A stretch of DNA of 64,000 nt from a virus. Positions 26,001 through 35,647 of the stretch are shown here, piece after piece. The stretch lies in IMG/VR virus record IMGVR_UViG_3300021185_002167, positions 64,060-128,059 of that record. One strand, given 5' to 3'. The first letter of the stretch is position 1. Each line of letters starts with the position of its first letter. Under the pieces are notes generated by a model. It searched no databases. It had not been told where the DNA came from and saw only the letters and a program-made list of their open reading frames with translations. The translations under genes were made by a program, and so were the position numbers.

Positions 26001-26135
26001 TTATCTCCTTTGTTCGTTTTTTAAACGTTCATTTTCTTCTTCTATCCAATCCGTTAATAAAGAAACGTATATCTCCCTTTCCCACGGTACCATATTATCA
26101 AGTTCAGTTAAACTGTAATGGTGGTGCTGCATCAT
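26001..26135 (-). CDS. gp51: Baseplate hub assembly protein gp51-like (probably reached by -1 frameshift from gp26)
   Basis: Manual translation MMQHHHYSLTELDNMVPWEREIYVSLL...; the frame stays open upstream through the gp26 end; no SD before the ATG. Confidence 0.85.
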   Translation of the reverse strand: MMQHHHYSLTELDNMVPWEREIYVSLLTDWIEEENERLKNEQRR

Positions 26136-26182
26136 AGCGAAGTTGGTCTTATAATGGTTAACAAGACTATCGTGCGAAAGGC

Positions 26183-26890
26183 CTACGTAAAAAAACTTTG
26201 AAGACCTTTTAACTCCTGGCTATTCGCCTTACCACATGATGTACAATTAAATTCAATCAAACTTGATAGAGCGGGCATTGACCCAAAGAATTCAGATAAA
26301 TTTTGAAATTGTTCTGAATTTAATGATTCAACAAAATTCGTTAATTCCTTTGTTGTCTCGCTCTTAGCATCATATACATTATCTTCATCAAAGATACTAT
26401 CGATACAAGCTACTAACATTGACATAGCCGCATCCATTTCATTATCTCCAAGATTTGATAAACTATCAATATCTTTTACAGAAGGATATTTTAAAACTAC
26501 GCCAACAGTATCTGTTAACATCATTTGTTTATTATCATCTGTAACGACTGGTGCTTCTATTGCATCGAAGTCTATTTGTACTTCGTTACCATGTTGGCAC
26601 TCTTCGCATTTTATATTTAAATCAATCTTTTCACCAACTGATTTAGATCTTAATGCTAAAAATAAAGTTTCAATGTCAAACATTGCTAAACTTTCAACAT
26701 CAATATCATCAAATACACAAGCTTTAATAATATCTATTGTTGTCTGCATGATAACCTTGCTATCATTTGACTCCATAGCCATCATCAAAAGCTTTTCTTC
26801 TTTTACTAAGTACGGTCTATAACTGATTTCTTGTCCAGTTGACGGTACTTCTACCTTATACCTTGCGGTATTTAGCTCTGGTAAAGCCAT
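26183..26890 (-). CDS. gp26: Baseplate hub assembly chaperone gp26
   Basis: MALP.L....Y....PSTG..I.YRPYLVKEEK.L, FDIE.LFL.LR.KSVGE, CxxC pairs and terminal GLQSFF. Confidence 0.92.
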   Translation of the reverse strand: MALPELNTARYKVEVPSTGQEISYRPYLVKEEKLLMMAMESNDSKVIMQTTIDIIKACVFDDIDVESLAMFDIETLFLALRSKSVGEKIDLNIKCEECQHGNEVQIDFDAIEAPVVTDDNKQMMLTDTVGVVLKYPSVKDIDSLSNLGDNEMDAAMSMLVACIDSIFDEDNVYDAKSETTKELTNFVESLNSEQFQNLSEFFGSMPALSSLIEFNCTSCGKANSQELKGLQSFFT

Positions 26891-26908
26891 AATAATTCTC
26901 CTATTATA

Positions 26909-27547
26909 TTATCCAAAAATTGATAACGCATTTCTTATTGCGCTACCGGTACTACTTAATGCGCCTTCTGGCACGTACCTATCATAACTAAAGCTCACAT
27001 TTAACTTTTGAATAGTATCTGACGATTCGTTCGAAAGTACTAATTCATTTATAGTTGTAGGAAATGCTCCCTCAAGTTTCACACCATATATCGGCGTGTT
27101 TTTCTCATCCAATTGCTGTATAATAACATCACATGTAATGTCTTTCTTATAAGCAACTGTATAAGTTTCCATGTTTATTATACTATTTATCCAAGTATCA
27201 AATACTGTTTTCATATAATAATCATTTGTTAATAAAAAACTTAAAGATATATCATCGTGGATATATCCATAAGGTATCTTTATTGATTGTTTTTCAGCCT
27301 GGTAATCCAGTGTACTGATTTGTTTGCCTGGTATAGATACTGCATCACAAAGTAAATTAATATCTCTTGGGTCATTAATTAAATTCCTTGCAGTAAAATT
27401 ACCTGAGATAACAGAACTTATAACCTGTTGTCCATCTAAATTAAAAAGAGTCTGAACAGGTGGTGTAAATATAACTCTAAATCGATTTGCTTTTGCTAAG
27501 CCACCTTTTTTACTGATTAATGCTTTTAAATCTTCTATATTACTCAT
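26909..27547 (-). CDS. Tail tube-like baseplate junction protein (gp54/gp19 fold)
   Basis: GG.A..NRF.V, C....PG, F..W...I, Y...I...I.QLD, L..AFP and V.FSY. Confidence 0.8.
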   Translation of the reverse strand: MSNIEDLKALISKKGGLAKANRFRVIFTPPVQTLFNLDGQQVISSVISGNFTARNLINDPRDINLLCDAVSIPGKQISTLDYQAEKQSIKIPYGYIHDDISLSFLLTNDYYMKTVFDTWINSIINMETYTVAYKKDITCDVIIQQLDEKNTPIYGVKLEGAFPTTINELVLSNESSDTIQKLNVSFSYDRYVPEGALSSTGSAIRNALSIFG

Positions 27548-28134
27548 GGCTGTCTCGCTATTTTAAGGCTCTCATTCCAAACACTTCCTTTACTCTTCTT
27601 CTTAAATTGTTCTACTGGTAAGAATATAGCTATTTCCCAGTCAGTCATTGGCACTCTACTAAATTGAGATACTACATGTTTGCCTAAGTAATGTTTAAAA
27701 CATGGTTTGAATTCTTTATATTTACGTACACTACTTATTAAATTGTATCTCAGTTTTGTTAACCTTGAACTTTCTTTTGGTTGAGCTGGTCCAAATTCCA
27801 TTAGGTTATCTAAGAATGCTGCTCTTGTATTGTAATTAAGATAATGTAGATTTAATCCATAGAATCCACCAGGTGCACCATCAACCATTATTGTTAAAGG
27901 AAACCTATCATAGTATGGTAAAGTTTCTTTATGCTTAGGGTCATAAAAATACATGTACATATTGCCACGTATATTTTGAGCTGTTTTATCAAGTGCCTTA
28001 TCTTTTAATATAGAAGTTGGTGATACTTGTAGGTTAGTTACGTTTCTTTTAAACCATGCTTGTGATTCTTTCGTACGTGTACGTATACCAGCTCTAAAAG
28101 CATTTGCCTGTAATGTATCAAATAAACTTGCCAT
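27544..28134 (-). CDS. gp2: DNA end protector gp2
   Basis: MY.YDPKHKETLPYYDRFPL, GLNLHYL, PCFKHYL and W..A.FLPVEQF.K. Confidence 0.93.
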   Translation of the reverse strand: MASLFDTLQANAFRAGIRTRTKESQAWFKRNVTNLQVSPTSILKDKALDKTAQNIRGNMYMYFYDPKHKETLPYYDRFPLTIMVDGAPGGFYGLNLHYLNYNTRAAFLDNLMEFGPAQPKESSRLTKLRYNLISSVRKYKEFKPCFKHYLGKHVVSQFSRVPMTDWEIAIFLPVEQFKKKSKGSVWNESLKIARQP

Positions 28135-28140
28135 ATAAAC

Positions 28141-28148
28141 TATTTATA
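28141..28148 (-). promoter_or_regulatory. Late promoter for gp2
   Basis: TATAAATA on the minus strand, 6 nt before the ATG. Confidence 0.75.
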
Positions 28149-28153
28149 AAGAA

Positions 28154-28594
28154 CTACAGTATCTTTATCCCTAAATTTTTTAAAGTTTCTTCTGTCCATA
28201 CTTGAAACTTCCAACCTTTATGTTCAGCAAACTCTTGAGCTGCTTCCCATTTAGATATATTCTTTGCGTATGTAGTAACTTCGTTTATATATTTTTTAGT
28301 CTTACGAGTACGTGTTTTAGGTGGAGTTGTTTGATTCTTAGGTTTAATCTCAATAAGATAAGTTTTTTTATCTTCCATTTGTATTAATAAGTCAACAAAA
28401 TAACGATGTAACTTGTTATCTGTCTTACATTTATAAGGTACAACTACCTCTTCAGAATTCCACATCTTGACTTTCGGATTGTTTTCGCACCATTTAAACG
28501 CTTGTCTTTCCCATAAGGATCGATATACTACCTTACTTGCATTGCCAGCGTACTTTTCTGGTCGCTTTATTTTGTATTTGCCTTGATAACTCAT
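28154..28594 (-). CDS. gp4: Head completion nuclease gp4
   Basis: YQGKY....PEKY.G, YRSLWE, W.SEE.VVPY, HRYFVD, IEIKP..QT and KW.AA. Confidence 0.93.
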   Translation of the reverse strand: MSYQGKYKIKRPEKYAGNASKVVYRSLWERQAFKWCENNPKVKMWNSEEVVVPYKCKTDNKLHRYFVDLLIQMEDKKTYLIEIKPKNQTTPPKTRTRKTKKYINEVTTYAKNISKWEAAQEFAEHKGWKFQVWTEETLKNLGIKIL

Positions 28595-28626
28595 ATAAAT
28601 AACTCTATAGTTTAATTATATTTATA
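28594..28626. promoter_or_regulatory. Face-to-face late promoters (+ 28594-28601, - 28619-28626)
   Basis: TATAAATA on each strand at the gp4/gp48 divergence point. Confidence 0.75.
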
Positions 28627-28638
28627 TAGGAAAAAACA

Positions 28639-29601
28639 ATGGCTCAAGATTCAGGCGATTTTCACAATCAGTTATATCACAATCCATCACGAAACGCACC
28701 ACCTTTTAAATCAGGAGATCCAAAGGTACCTGATAAAAGTTTAATAACAGCTGCAAGTGAGCTTACTGATAATTTAGTAAATGCTGCAACTGGTGAAAGA
28801 GTTGATTTATCAAAAAACCAATATCATTATTTTCCAGATTCTATCAGAGATGGTGCTAATCAAGGATATCCCTTTATGCAATTTATGATTAAACAAACTA
28901 AAGGTAAAGGTTTGGTTAATATATTCTTACCATTTCCTCCAGGAGTAGCAGTATCTGATGGAGCTAATTACGGTAATTTTGATATGGGTACACTTTCAGG
29001 AGGTTTAGATTTTGCTAAACAACTTGCTCAAGGTAATAATACATCAACAAATCAAGACGCATTAGCTCTTGCATTGATTTCTAAAGAAAAATTAAGCGGA
29101 CGTAGTACTGGTTTAAATGTAAGAAGTAAAGGAGCGCTTAAAGCTGGGGTTGCTACTAATCCATATACAAGACAAACATTTGAAAATGTAAATATAAGAA
29201 GTTTTAGTTTTACATTTAAACTTGTAGCTGAATCAGCATCTGAATCAAAAATGGCAAAAAACATAGAAAGAACATTTAGAAAATTCTTATATCCTAAGAG
29301 AGCTGGAGCGGTTGCATTAACATATCCACCATTAGTTGATATAAAATTCTGGGCTGAAGGCCGTGAAAATGATTATATGCCAAAAATTAAACCATGTTAT
29401 CTTACATCTTTAGAATCTACTTTTAATGAATCAACAAATAATGTTCATGCATCAACAGGGGCTCCTCTGGAAGTATCGCTTTCACTCTCATTCCAAGAAG
29501 AAAGATCTTTAATAAGACAAGATTTATATGAAAATGATGACACTATAATAGAAAGAGATGGATTTCATAACGATCCAGTTCCATCAGGAGAAAAAAAATA
29601 A
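28639..29601 (+). CDS. gp48: Baseplate tail-tube cap gp48
   Basis: I.LP.P, NPY....F.....RSFSF.FKL, L.YP and C.LT.....F motifs. Confidence 0.85.
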   Translation: MAQDSGDFHNQLYHNPSRNAPPFKSGDPKVPDKSLITAASELTDNLVNAATGERVDLSKNQYHYFPDSIRDGANQGYPFMQFMIKQTKGKGLVNIFLPFPPGVAVSDGANYGNFDMGTLSGGLDFAKQLAQGNNTSTNQDALALALISKEKLSGRSTGLNVRSKGALKAGVATNPYTRQTFENVNIRSFSFTFKLVAESASESKMAKNIERTFRKFLYPKRAGAVALTYPPLVDIKFWAEGRENDYMPKIKPCYLTSLESTFNESTNNVHASTGAPLEVSLSLSFQEERSLIRQDLYENDDTIIERDGFHNDPVPSGEKK

Positions 29602-30414
29602 ATGAGTTTTTTTAATAAATTTCCAAAGATAGAATACGACTTTAATCGTACAGGTATTAAACAAAATATGGTTGACTTATTTAGAAGTGTAAGACCATTA
29701 CCTACGTTTATTGATAATTATTCTGCATATAAGTTTTATGATATTAAAAACGGAGAAAGACCTGATATTATTTCTGGTAGATTATATGGTACATCACAGT
29801 ACTATTGGACATTCTTTGTTATTAATGATTTTTTACATGATGGTTATCGTTCATGGCCAATGAGCCAAGAAGACTTGTATGATTACATTGAAAAACAATA
29901 TTCAGGATATGTAATAGAAACAAGTCCAAGTATTGTACGTGATAGTGATGGTCTTATTACTGACCATAGGAATAGTTTAGCAGGCAGATTTAAATTAGGC
30001 GAAACATTAACGGGTGCTACAAGTGGAGCAAGTGGTACATTAACTAAAAAAATAACTGATTTAAGTCAATTAATAGTACAAAATACAACAGGTGCCTTTA
30101 TAGGAGATCAAACCGGTTCAACAAATACAACTGAACAGATAACAGGTTCAACATCTGAAGATTCAGTTGCTACATATAGAGTGTTTAAATATATTGACGC
30201 TCCACATTATTTTTATAAAAATGGAGATGTAAATAAGAAACCAGTAACAAACGATATTCATATTGAGGGTGGAATACCTAATCATCAGTTATTATATGTT
30301 ACTAATAGAGAACAAGAGATTATGAAAAATGATAGCAGATCTCAAATAAGATATGTAGACCCTGCATATATAAATGAGTTTGTTACTAAGTTTGAAGAAA
30401 TAATTAATGAGTAA
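29602..30414 (+). CDS. gp53: Baseplate wedge gp53
   Basis: FF..FP...Y, Y.I..GERPD.IS..LYG...YYW, WP.S, Y...KY and N...S.IR. Confidence 0.88.
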   Translation: MSFFNKFPKIEYDFNRTGIKQNMVDLFRSVRPLPTFIDNYSAYKFYDIKNGERPDIISGRLYGTSQYYWTFFVINDFLHDGYRSWPMSQEDLYDYIEKQYSGYVIETSPSIVRDSDGLITDHRNSLAGRFKLGETLTGATSGASGTLTKKITDLSQLIVQNTTGAFIGDQTGSTNTTEQITGSTSEDSVATYRVFKYIDAPHYFYKNGDVNKKPVTNDIHIEGGIPNHQLLYVTNREQEIMKNDSRSQIRYVDPAYINEFVTKFEEIINE

Positions 30415-31792
30415 TAGTAATTTAACATCAGGAGCAGTCACAGCAACGCCTAAAGGTTATGGACTTGAAGTATGTACAATAACATCTAATACAGGTTTAC
30501 CTATTGATATTACTGAACTTGTTCAAGATATAAAAATTACTGAAAGTTTATATCAGTCAGGTATGACAGTTGATATATTTGTTTATGACGCTTTAAATTT
30601 AATTGAAGAATTAAGAATTGCGGGTAATGAATATGTTGAAATAATCTTATCAAGAGCTGAGCCAACTTCAAAAGATAAATACGAAATTAAAAAGTTTGAA
30701 CTTAAATTAAGAGTAGCTGAATTAAAAAATTACTCAACACCACAACCATCTACAAAAGCTTATACATTACAGTGTGTATCAAAGCATGTTTATTTAAATA
30801 ACTATAGACTTTTAAAAAGAAGCTTTAGTAATACAGCATCTAGTTTAATAAAAAGTATAGTATCTAAAGAACTACAATCAACTATTGATATAAAAACAAA
30901 ATCAAACGGTATTATAAAAGGTATATATCCAAGAATACAACCGTTACAAGCAATATCTTGGCTCTTACGAAACTCTTATGATGCTGGTACTCCATTTTAT
31001 TTTTATGAAACGCCAGCTGATGGTCTTATATTTACATCTTATAATAAAATATTAGAAAACAAAGATAACGTATATGCTACTTATAATAACTACCCTATGT
31101 TTAATGAAAGCTTTAAAGGTGGCGCAGAATCTTTATATAATGTTTTTAATGAAGAGAAATCTAAAATAACTAAAATGAACTCTCATTTAAATATGTCTAA
31201 ACTTAAAGCTGCATATAATGGAGCATTTGGCTCTGTTCTTAATAAAATAGATATTAGTACTAAAAAAGTAACTCCAGTACCTTTTAATTATAATAAAACT
31301 AAAATGATGATGTTAAACGAGCACTCGCCTATAAGTGGTAATATTAAAATAGGTGAAGTTAATATGACAGATTTTAAAGATACTAAACAACATTATGTTT
31401 CAATTAATACACATTCTCACGATGAATTTCGCGATAGTCTACTAAATGATTCAGGTTTTTATACAATAATTAAAGGAAACTATCATAAAGTAACTGACAC
31501 TAATGCATTAGGTAAATCACAAGCTCATCATCATAATTTAGATACAATTAAACAAGAGATTGTAATACCAGGTGACTTTAGTCTTTCATGTGGTAAGATT
31601 GTAAATTTAAATATTATAAAAAATGCTGATATTACAATTGAACAAGAAGAAAATAGTGAATTTATAGATACGATACTTTCTGGTAAACATTTAGTTACTC
31701 AAATCGTTCATCACTTTGGTAAAGACGGTTATATGATGAATGTAGTATTAAAGAAAGATTCATTTATATCACCACTAGAAAAAGGATTATAA
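30407..31792 (+). CDS. Baseplate hub protein (gp27-like)
   Basis: I.ESL, G.E...I, P..AI.WL, FYFYET..G..F.S, IPGDF....G and SGK.LV....H; position between 53 and 5. Confidence 0.7.
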   Translation: MSNSNLTSGAVTATPKGYGLEVCTITSNTGLPIDITELVQDIKITESLYQSGMTVDIFVYDALNLIEELRIAGNEYVEIILSRAEPTSKDKYEIKKFELKLRVAELKNYSTPQPSTKAYTLQCVSKHVYLNNYRLLKRSFSNTASSLIKSIVSKELQSTIDIKTKSNGIIKGIYPRIQPLQAISWLLRNSYDAGTPFYFYETPADGLIFTSYNKILENKDNVYATYNNYPMFNESFKGGAESLYNVFNEEKSKITKMNSHLNMSKLKAAYNGAFGSVLNKIDISTKKVTPVPFNYNKTKMMMLNEHSPISGNIKIGEVNMTDFKDTKQHYVSINTHSHDEFRDSLLNDSGFYTIIKGNYHKVTDTNALGKSQAHHHNLDTIKQEIVIPGDFSLSCGKIVNLNIIKNADITIEQEENSEFIDTILSGKHLVTQIVHHFGKDGYMMNVVLKKDSFISPLEKGL

Positions 31793-31793
31793 T

Positions 31794-32315
31794 ATGATAG
31801 GAAGAATGGCAGATCAATATAAAAACGGAGCCTTTGTATGGTATACTGGCGTGGTAGAAGATATTGATGATAAAGAACAGTTAAATAGAGTTAAAGTAAG
31901 ATGTTTTGGTTTTTATGATGAGGATGCAGTAAGTGTAGAAGATTTGCCTTGGGCTACAGTTATGATGCCAACAACATCAGCATCTATACAAGGTAATGGT
32001 GGTAATCATCATTTAGAAGTCGGCTCATGGGTTATAGGATTCTTTAGAGATGGACCATCAGCTCAAGACCCTATTGTTATGGGTTCAATCGCTACTCAAA
32101 CAGATAGAGTAAAAGATATACCATCACAATCATCAAACGATAATAAGGTATATAAATCAAAAGCTGGTCATTTAATTGAAATTGATAATACAGATGGCGA
32201 AGAAGAAATAAGAATTACTCATGGTAAAGAAGTTAATGGTATAAAATCATATATACATATGAGAGAAGATGGACGTATAGAAATTAAATCTGCTGTTAAA
32301 GTAAGAATTATCTAA
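31794..32315 (+). CDS. gp5: Short gp5 (OB-fold spike base, no lysozyme domain)
   Basis: F.WY.GVVED.DD.....RVKVRCFG, DLPWA.V.MP, GSWV.GFFRDG..AQ.P.VMG and S.AGH.IEIDNT.G.E. Confidence 0.88.
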   Translation: MIGRMADQYKNGAFVWYTGVVEDIDDKEQLNRVKVRCFGFYDEDAVSVEDLPWATVMMPTTSASIQGNGGNHHLEVGSWVIGFFRDGPSAQDPIVMGSIATQTDRVKDIPSQSSNDNKVYKSKAGHLIEIDNTDGEEEIRITHGKEVNGIKSYIHMREDGRIEIKSAVKVRII

Positions 32316-33334
32316 TGTCAACTCCTACATTAACAATACCGCAATTAGAATGCCCGGCAGTTTTATTACCTACACCAGCTAATTTAGTAAATTATTTTAA
32401 AGGTTTAGCTTCTCATGCGTATACGTACGAGATAGAAGAAATAAAAGATATACTAGAAACTTTAAAACCTATATTCGATCCATATGACCCTAAGTTTAAA
32501 AAATTAGAAATACCAGAAATAGAATGGGAGATACGAGTACAAGGTTTAGTTGATGAGTTTAGTACATATGTACAATCGCAATTATTAAAAATAGTCGCTG
32601 ACCTAGTATCTATTGAAATAACAGTTGAAATACTTGGTATAGAAGTTGATGTTATTAAATTTGCTACTGATAGAACTTATTTAAATACAATATTTGATAG
32701 TATTGATTTAGATATCGATAATTTATATGACCTATTACCGCCAGAATATAAACTATATAAAGATAAGTTTGATAGTTTAGATTTTAAAAAGAAAACAGTA
32801 AAAGATTTCTTTAAAGAAAAAGTAAAAGACTTTCAAACTGGCAATTTTATACAAGGATTACAAGATTTAGGATTAGGCTTTACTTTACCAACTGACCCAA
32901 GAGCAGCTGCTAAATTAGCGATACAAGCTATTATTGCTGATGAGAAAAAAGATATAGAACAACAAATAGAAGATTTAAAAAATATACAGATAGGGCCCTT
33001 TACTATAGAACAAATATTAGGCGGTGAAATAACTGAAAAGGTAGAGATATCAGAATTTCAAAGAGATAGATTAATAAAAAAATTAATTAATTTTGCTCAA
33101 GATTATTTTGCGTATCTACTTAAAGAAGTACTTTCTAAAATAACAGCTGCTATAGAAGCTATACCAGGACTAGATGATATTATTGCATTCTTAACATTAG
33201 ATTTTTGTAAGTTCTTAGAGATAATAGGAGTACCAAAAACAATTGAATTACCAGCAGGTATACAAGAAGTAGCAGTTGTTATTGATATAGATAATCAACT
33301 TCCTAACGCATTTACGGTTGAAGAAGCCGATTAA
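32315..33334 (+). CDS. Hypothetical acidic helical protein in the baseplate operon
   Basis: TAATG coupling to gp5; no recognised motif. Confidence 0.7.
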   Translation: MSTPTLTIPQLECPAVLLPTPANLVNYFKGLASHAYTYEIEEIKDILETLKPIFDPYDPKFKKLEIPEIEWEIRVQGLVDEFSTYVQSQLLKIVADLVSIEITVEILGIEVDVIKFATDRTYLNTIFDSIDLDIDNLYDLLPPEYKLYKDKFDSLDFKKKTVKDFFKEKVKDFQTGNFIQGLQDLGLGFTLPTDPRAAAKLAIQAIIADEKKDIEQQIEDLKNIQIGPFTIEQILGGEITEKVEISEFQRDRLIKKLINFAQDYFAYLLKEVLSKITAAIEAIPGLDDIIAFLTLDFCKFLEIIGVPKTIELPAGIQEVAVVIDIDNQLPNAFTVEEAD

Positions 33335-33338
33335 AGAG

Positions 33339-33346
33339 TATAAATA
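33339..33346 (+). promoter_or_regulatory. Late promoter
   Basis: TATAAATA 5 nt before the gp25 ATG. Confidence 0.75.
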
Positions 33347-33351
33347 CATAT

Positions 33352-33801
33352 ATGGCAGGATTATATACAGGCAGTAAACGAATAACTGGTAAGCTAGAAC
33401 AAGCGAGCGTTGTCGCAAAGAAAAAGTCATGGAGTGATTTAGACCTTTCTTTAAAGATACATCCTATACGTAAGGATATAGTATCGTTAAAAGACGATGC
33501 TGCAATTAAAAATGCAGTTAAAAATTTATTAGTTTCTAATTTTTATGAGAGACCATTTCAAGATGATTTAGGCGCTAACCTAAGAGGTTTATTATTTGAA
33601 CCTGCAGGTTTATTTACAGAAATTATGTTAAGAGATAACATAAAAAATGTATTAGATAATTACGAGCCAAGAATCAGAGTATCATCAATTAATATAATTG
33701 ATAACACTCAAGCGAATTCATATGGTATTATAGTAAATTTTAAAATAAAAGAATTCGATCAAGCAACATCAGTAAATATCGAGTTAAGAAGGTTAAGATA
33801 A
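33352..33801 (+). CDS. gp25: Baseplate wedge gp25
   Basis: DLDL....HP...D, AIKNAVKNL, ERPF, G..L..LLFE and YEPR. Confidence 0.93.
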   Translation: MAGLYTGSKRITGKLEQASVVAKKKSWSDLDLSLKIHPIRKDIVSLKDDAAIKNAVKNLLVSNFYERPFQDDLGANLRGLLFEPAGLFTEIMLRDNIKNVLDNYEPRIRVSSINIIDNTQANSYGIIVNFKIKEFDQATSVNIELRRLR

Positions 33802-33802
33802 T

Positions 33803-35647
33803 ATGGCAACAAATTTAAATGTAACAGAATTAGATTTTGCAGACATTAAGCAAAATTTAAAAAACTTTTTAAAACAACAATCAGAGTTTAGTGACTATGA
33901 TTTTGATGGGTCAGGCCTTAATGTTTTATTAGATGTATTAGCTTATAATACTCATTATAACGCATTAAACGCTCACTACTCATTAAATGAATCATTCTTA
34001 GATTCAGCTCAGATAAGAGGTAATGTAGTCACAAGAGCAAAGCTTTTAGGTTATACACCAAGATCAGTTTTATCTCCAAGAGGTAAAGTTAATATTGTTG
34101 TCGATATATCTGGAGAAATAGGAACAATACCAACTGTTTTAGAATTAACACGTGGTACTAAATTAAATACTGTTGTAAGTGGAGAAGAATTTCAATACGT
34201 GGTATTAGAAACTCAACAAGCAACATTAGTAGGTACAACATATACATTTAATGATGTTATTATTGCAGAAGGTTCTGTAAGAGAATTAAAATATAGAGTT
34301 GATAATGATATAGAAAATCAAAAGTTTCAACTTACCGATTATAACGCAGATTCAAGTACATTAAGAGTAAGAGTACAGTCAAACGAAGAGTCAAGCTCAT
34401 TCGATATATACACTCCTTTTGAATCATTAAGAGGTGTTGATTCAACATCAAAGGTTTATTATCTACAAGAAAATCCAAGTGGATTCTTTGAAGTATACTT
34501 CGGTGATGGTATTACCGGATTTAAACCAGCAAATAATAACATTATAACTCTTGATTATGTTATTACAGAAGGTATAGAATCAAACGGTGCTAATAATTTT
34601 GATATGTTAGATGATATCAATGGATATAGTAGTATTACTGTCACATTAGCGTCAGCTGCATCAGGTGGAGCTGAAGAAGAAACAATGGAATCTATACGTT
34701 TTAACGCACCATTAACATTTATATCTCAAAACAGAGCTGTGACAGCCGATGATTACGCAGCGATTATTAAAAAAGAGTTTAGTAATATCGATTCTATATC
34801 AACATGGGGTGGTGAAGATAACGATCCACCTGATTACGGTAAAGTATATATCGCAATTAAACCTTTATTAGCAGAAACACTTACAACCGCTGAAAAAACA
34901 GATATTACTGGCGCAATATTAAAAGGTAAGAATGTAGTTTCTATTGTACCAGAAATTGTAAATACTAACTTTACTTATTTAGAAATAGATGCAGCATTTA
35001 AATATAATCCTAACTTAACTGATAGAAGTTCTGTTGAATTACAATCAGTTGTAAGAGATACAATAACAGATTATAACTTTAATAATTTAAATAAATTTGA
35101 TGGTGTATTTAGGCATTCTCAATTAACAAAAGCAATTGATAATTCAGACCCATCAATATTAAATACTATAGTAAGACCAAGAATGTTTCAAAATATTACA
35201 CCGAGTAATAATTCAGATAATAATTTTGATCTTTCTTTTGTTGCTCCATTCTTTCAATCAGGGCAATCAACAGCATTTATTTTAAAATCATCTTCATTTA
35301 AAATTAATAATGTAGACCATTTCTTTGGTGATGTTCCTATAAGTGGTTCAACACAAAGAAAAGTTATTGTATATAAAGTTGTTGGATTATCTAATGTAAC
35401 TGTTGTAAATGATGCAGGTATCATTGATGTCGAAAAAGGAACTGTTACTTTAAATAACTTTAGACCTGATACGACAGCAGCAATTAAAATAACAGTATTA
35501 CCTAACTCATTAGATCTTGCTCCAAAGAGAGCTGAATTAATTTCTATAGATAATAATAGCGTTACAATAACACCAGAAGTAGATACTATTGCAGTTGCTG
35601 GTTCAGCTGGTAGTATAAATTATAACACAACATCAAGATTTAAATAA
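33803..35647 (+). CDS. gp6: Baseplate wedge gp6
   Basis: ELDF..IK.NLK, DYDFDGSGL..LLDVLAYNTHYNA, FGDG..G, QNRAVTA.DY and WGGE.N.PP.YGKV. Confidence 0.96.
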   Translation: MATNLNVTELDFADIKQNLKNFLKQQSEFSDYDFDGSGLNVLLDVLAYNTHYNALNAHYSLNESFLDSAQIRGNVVTRAKLLGYTPRSVLSPRGKVNIVVDISGEIGTIPTVLELTRGTKLNTVVSGEEFQYVVLETQQATLVGTTYTFNDVIIAEGSVRELKYRVDNDIENQKFQLTDYNADSSTLRVRVQSNEESSSFDIYTPFESLRGVDSTSKVYYLQENPSGFFEVYFGDGITGFKPANNNIITLDYVITEGIESNGANNFDMLDDINGYSSITVTLASAASGGAEEETMESIRFNAPLTFISQNRAVTADDYAAIIKKEFSNIDSISTWGGEDNDPPDYGKVYIAIKPLLAETLTTAEKTDITGAILKGKNVVSIVPEIVNTNFTYLEIDAAFKYNPNLTDRSSVELQSVVRDTITDYNFNNLNKFDGVFRHSQLTKAIDNSDPSILNTIVRPRMFQNITPSNNSDNNFDLSFVAPFFQSGQSTAFILKSSSFKINNVDHFFGDVPISGSTQRKVIVYKVVGLSNVTVVNDAGIIDVEKGTVTLNNFRPDTTAAIKITVLPNSLDLAPKRAELISIDNNSVTITPEVDTIAVAGSAGSINYNTTSRFK

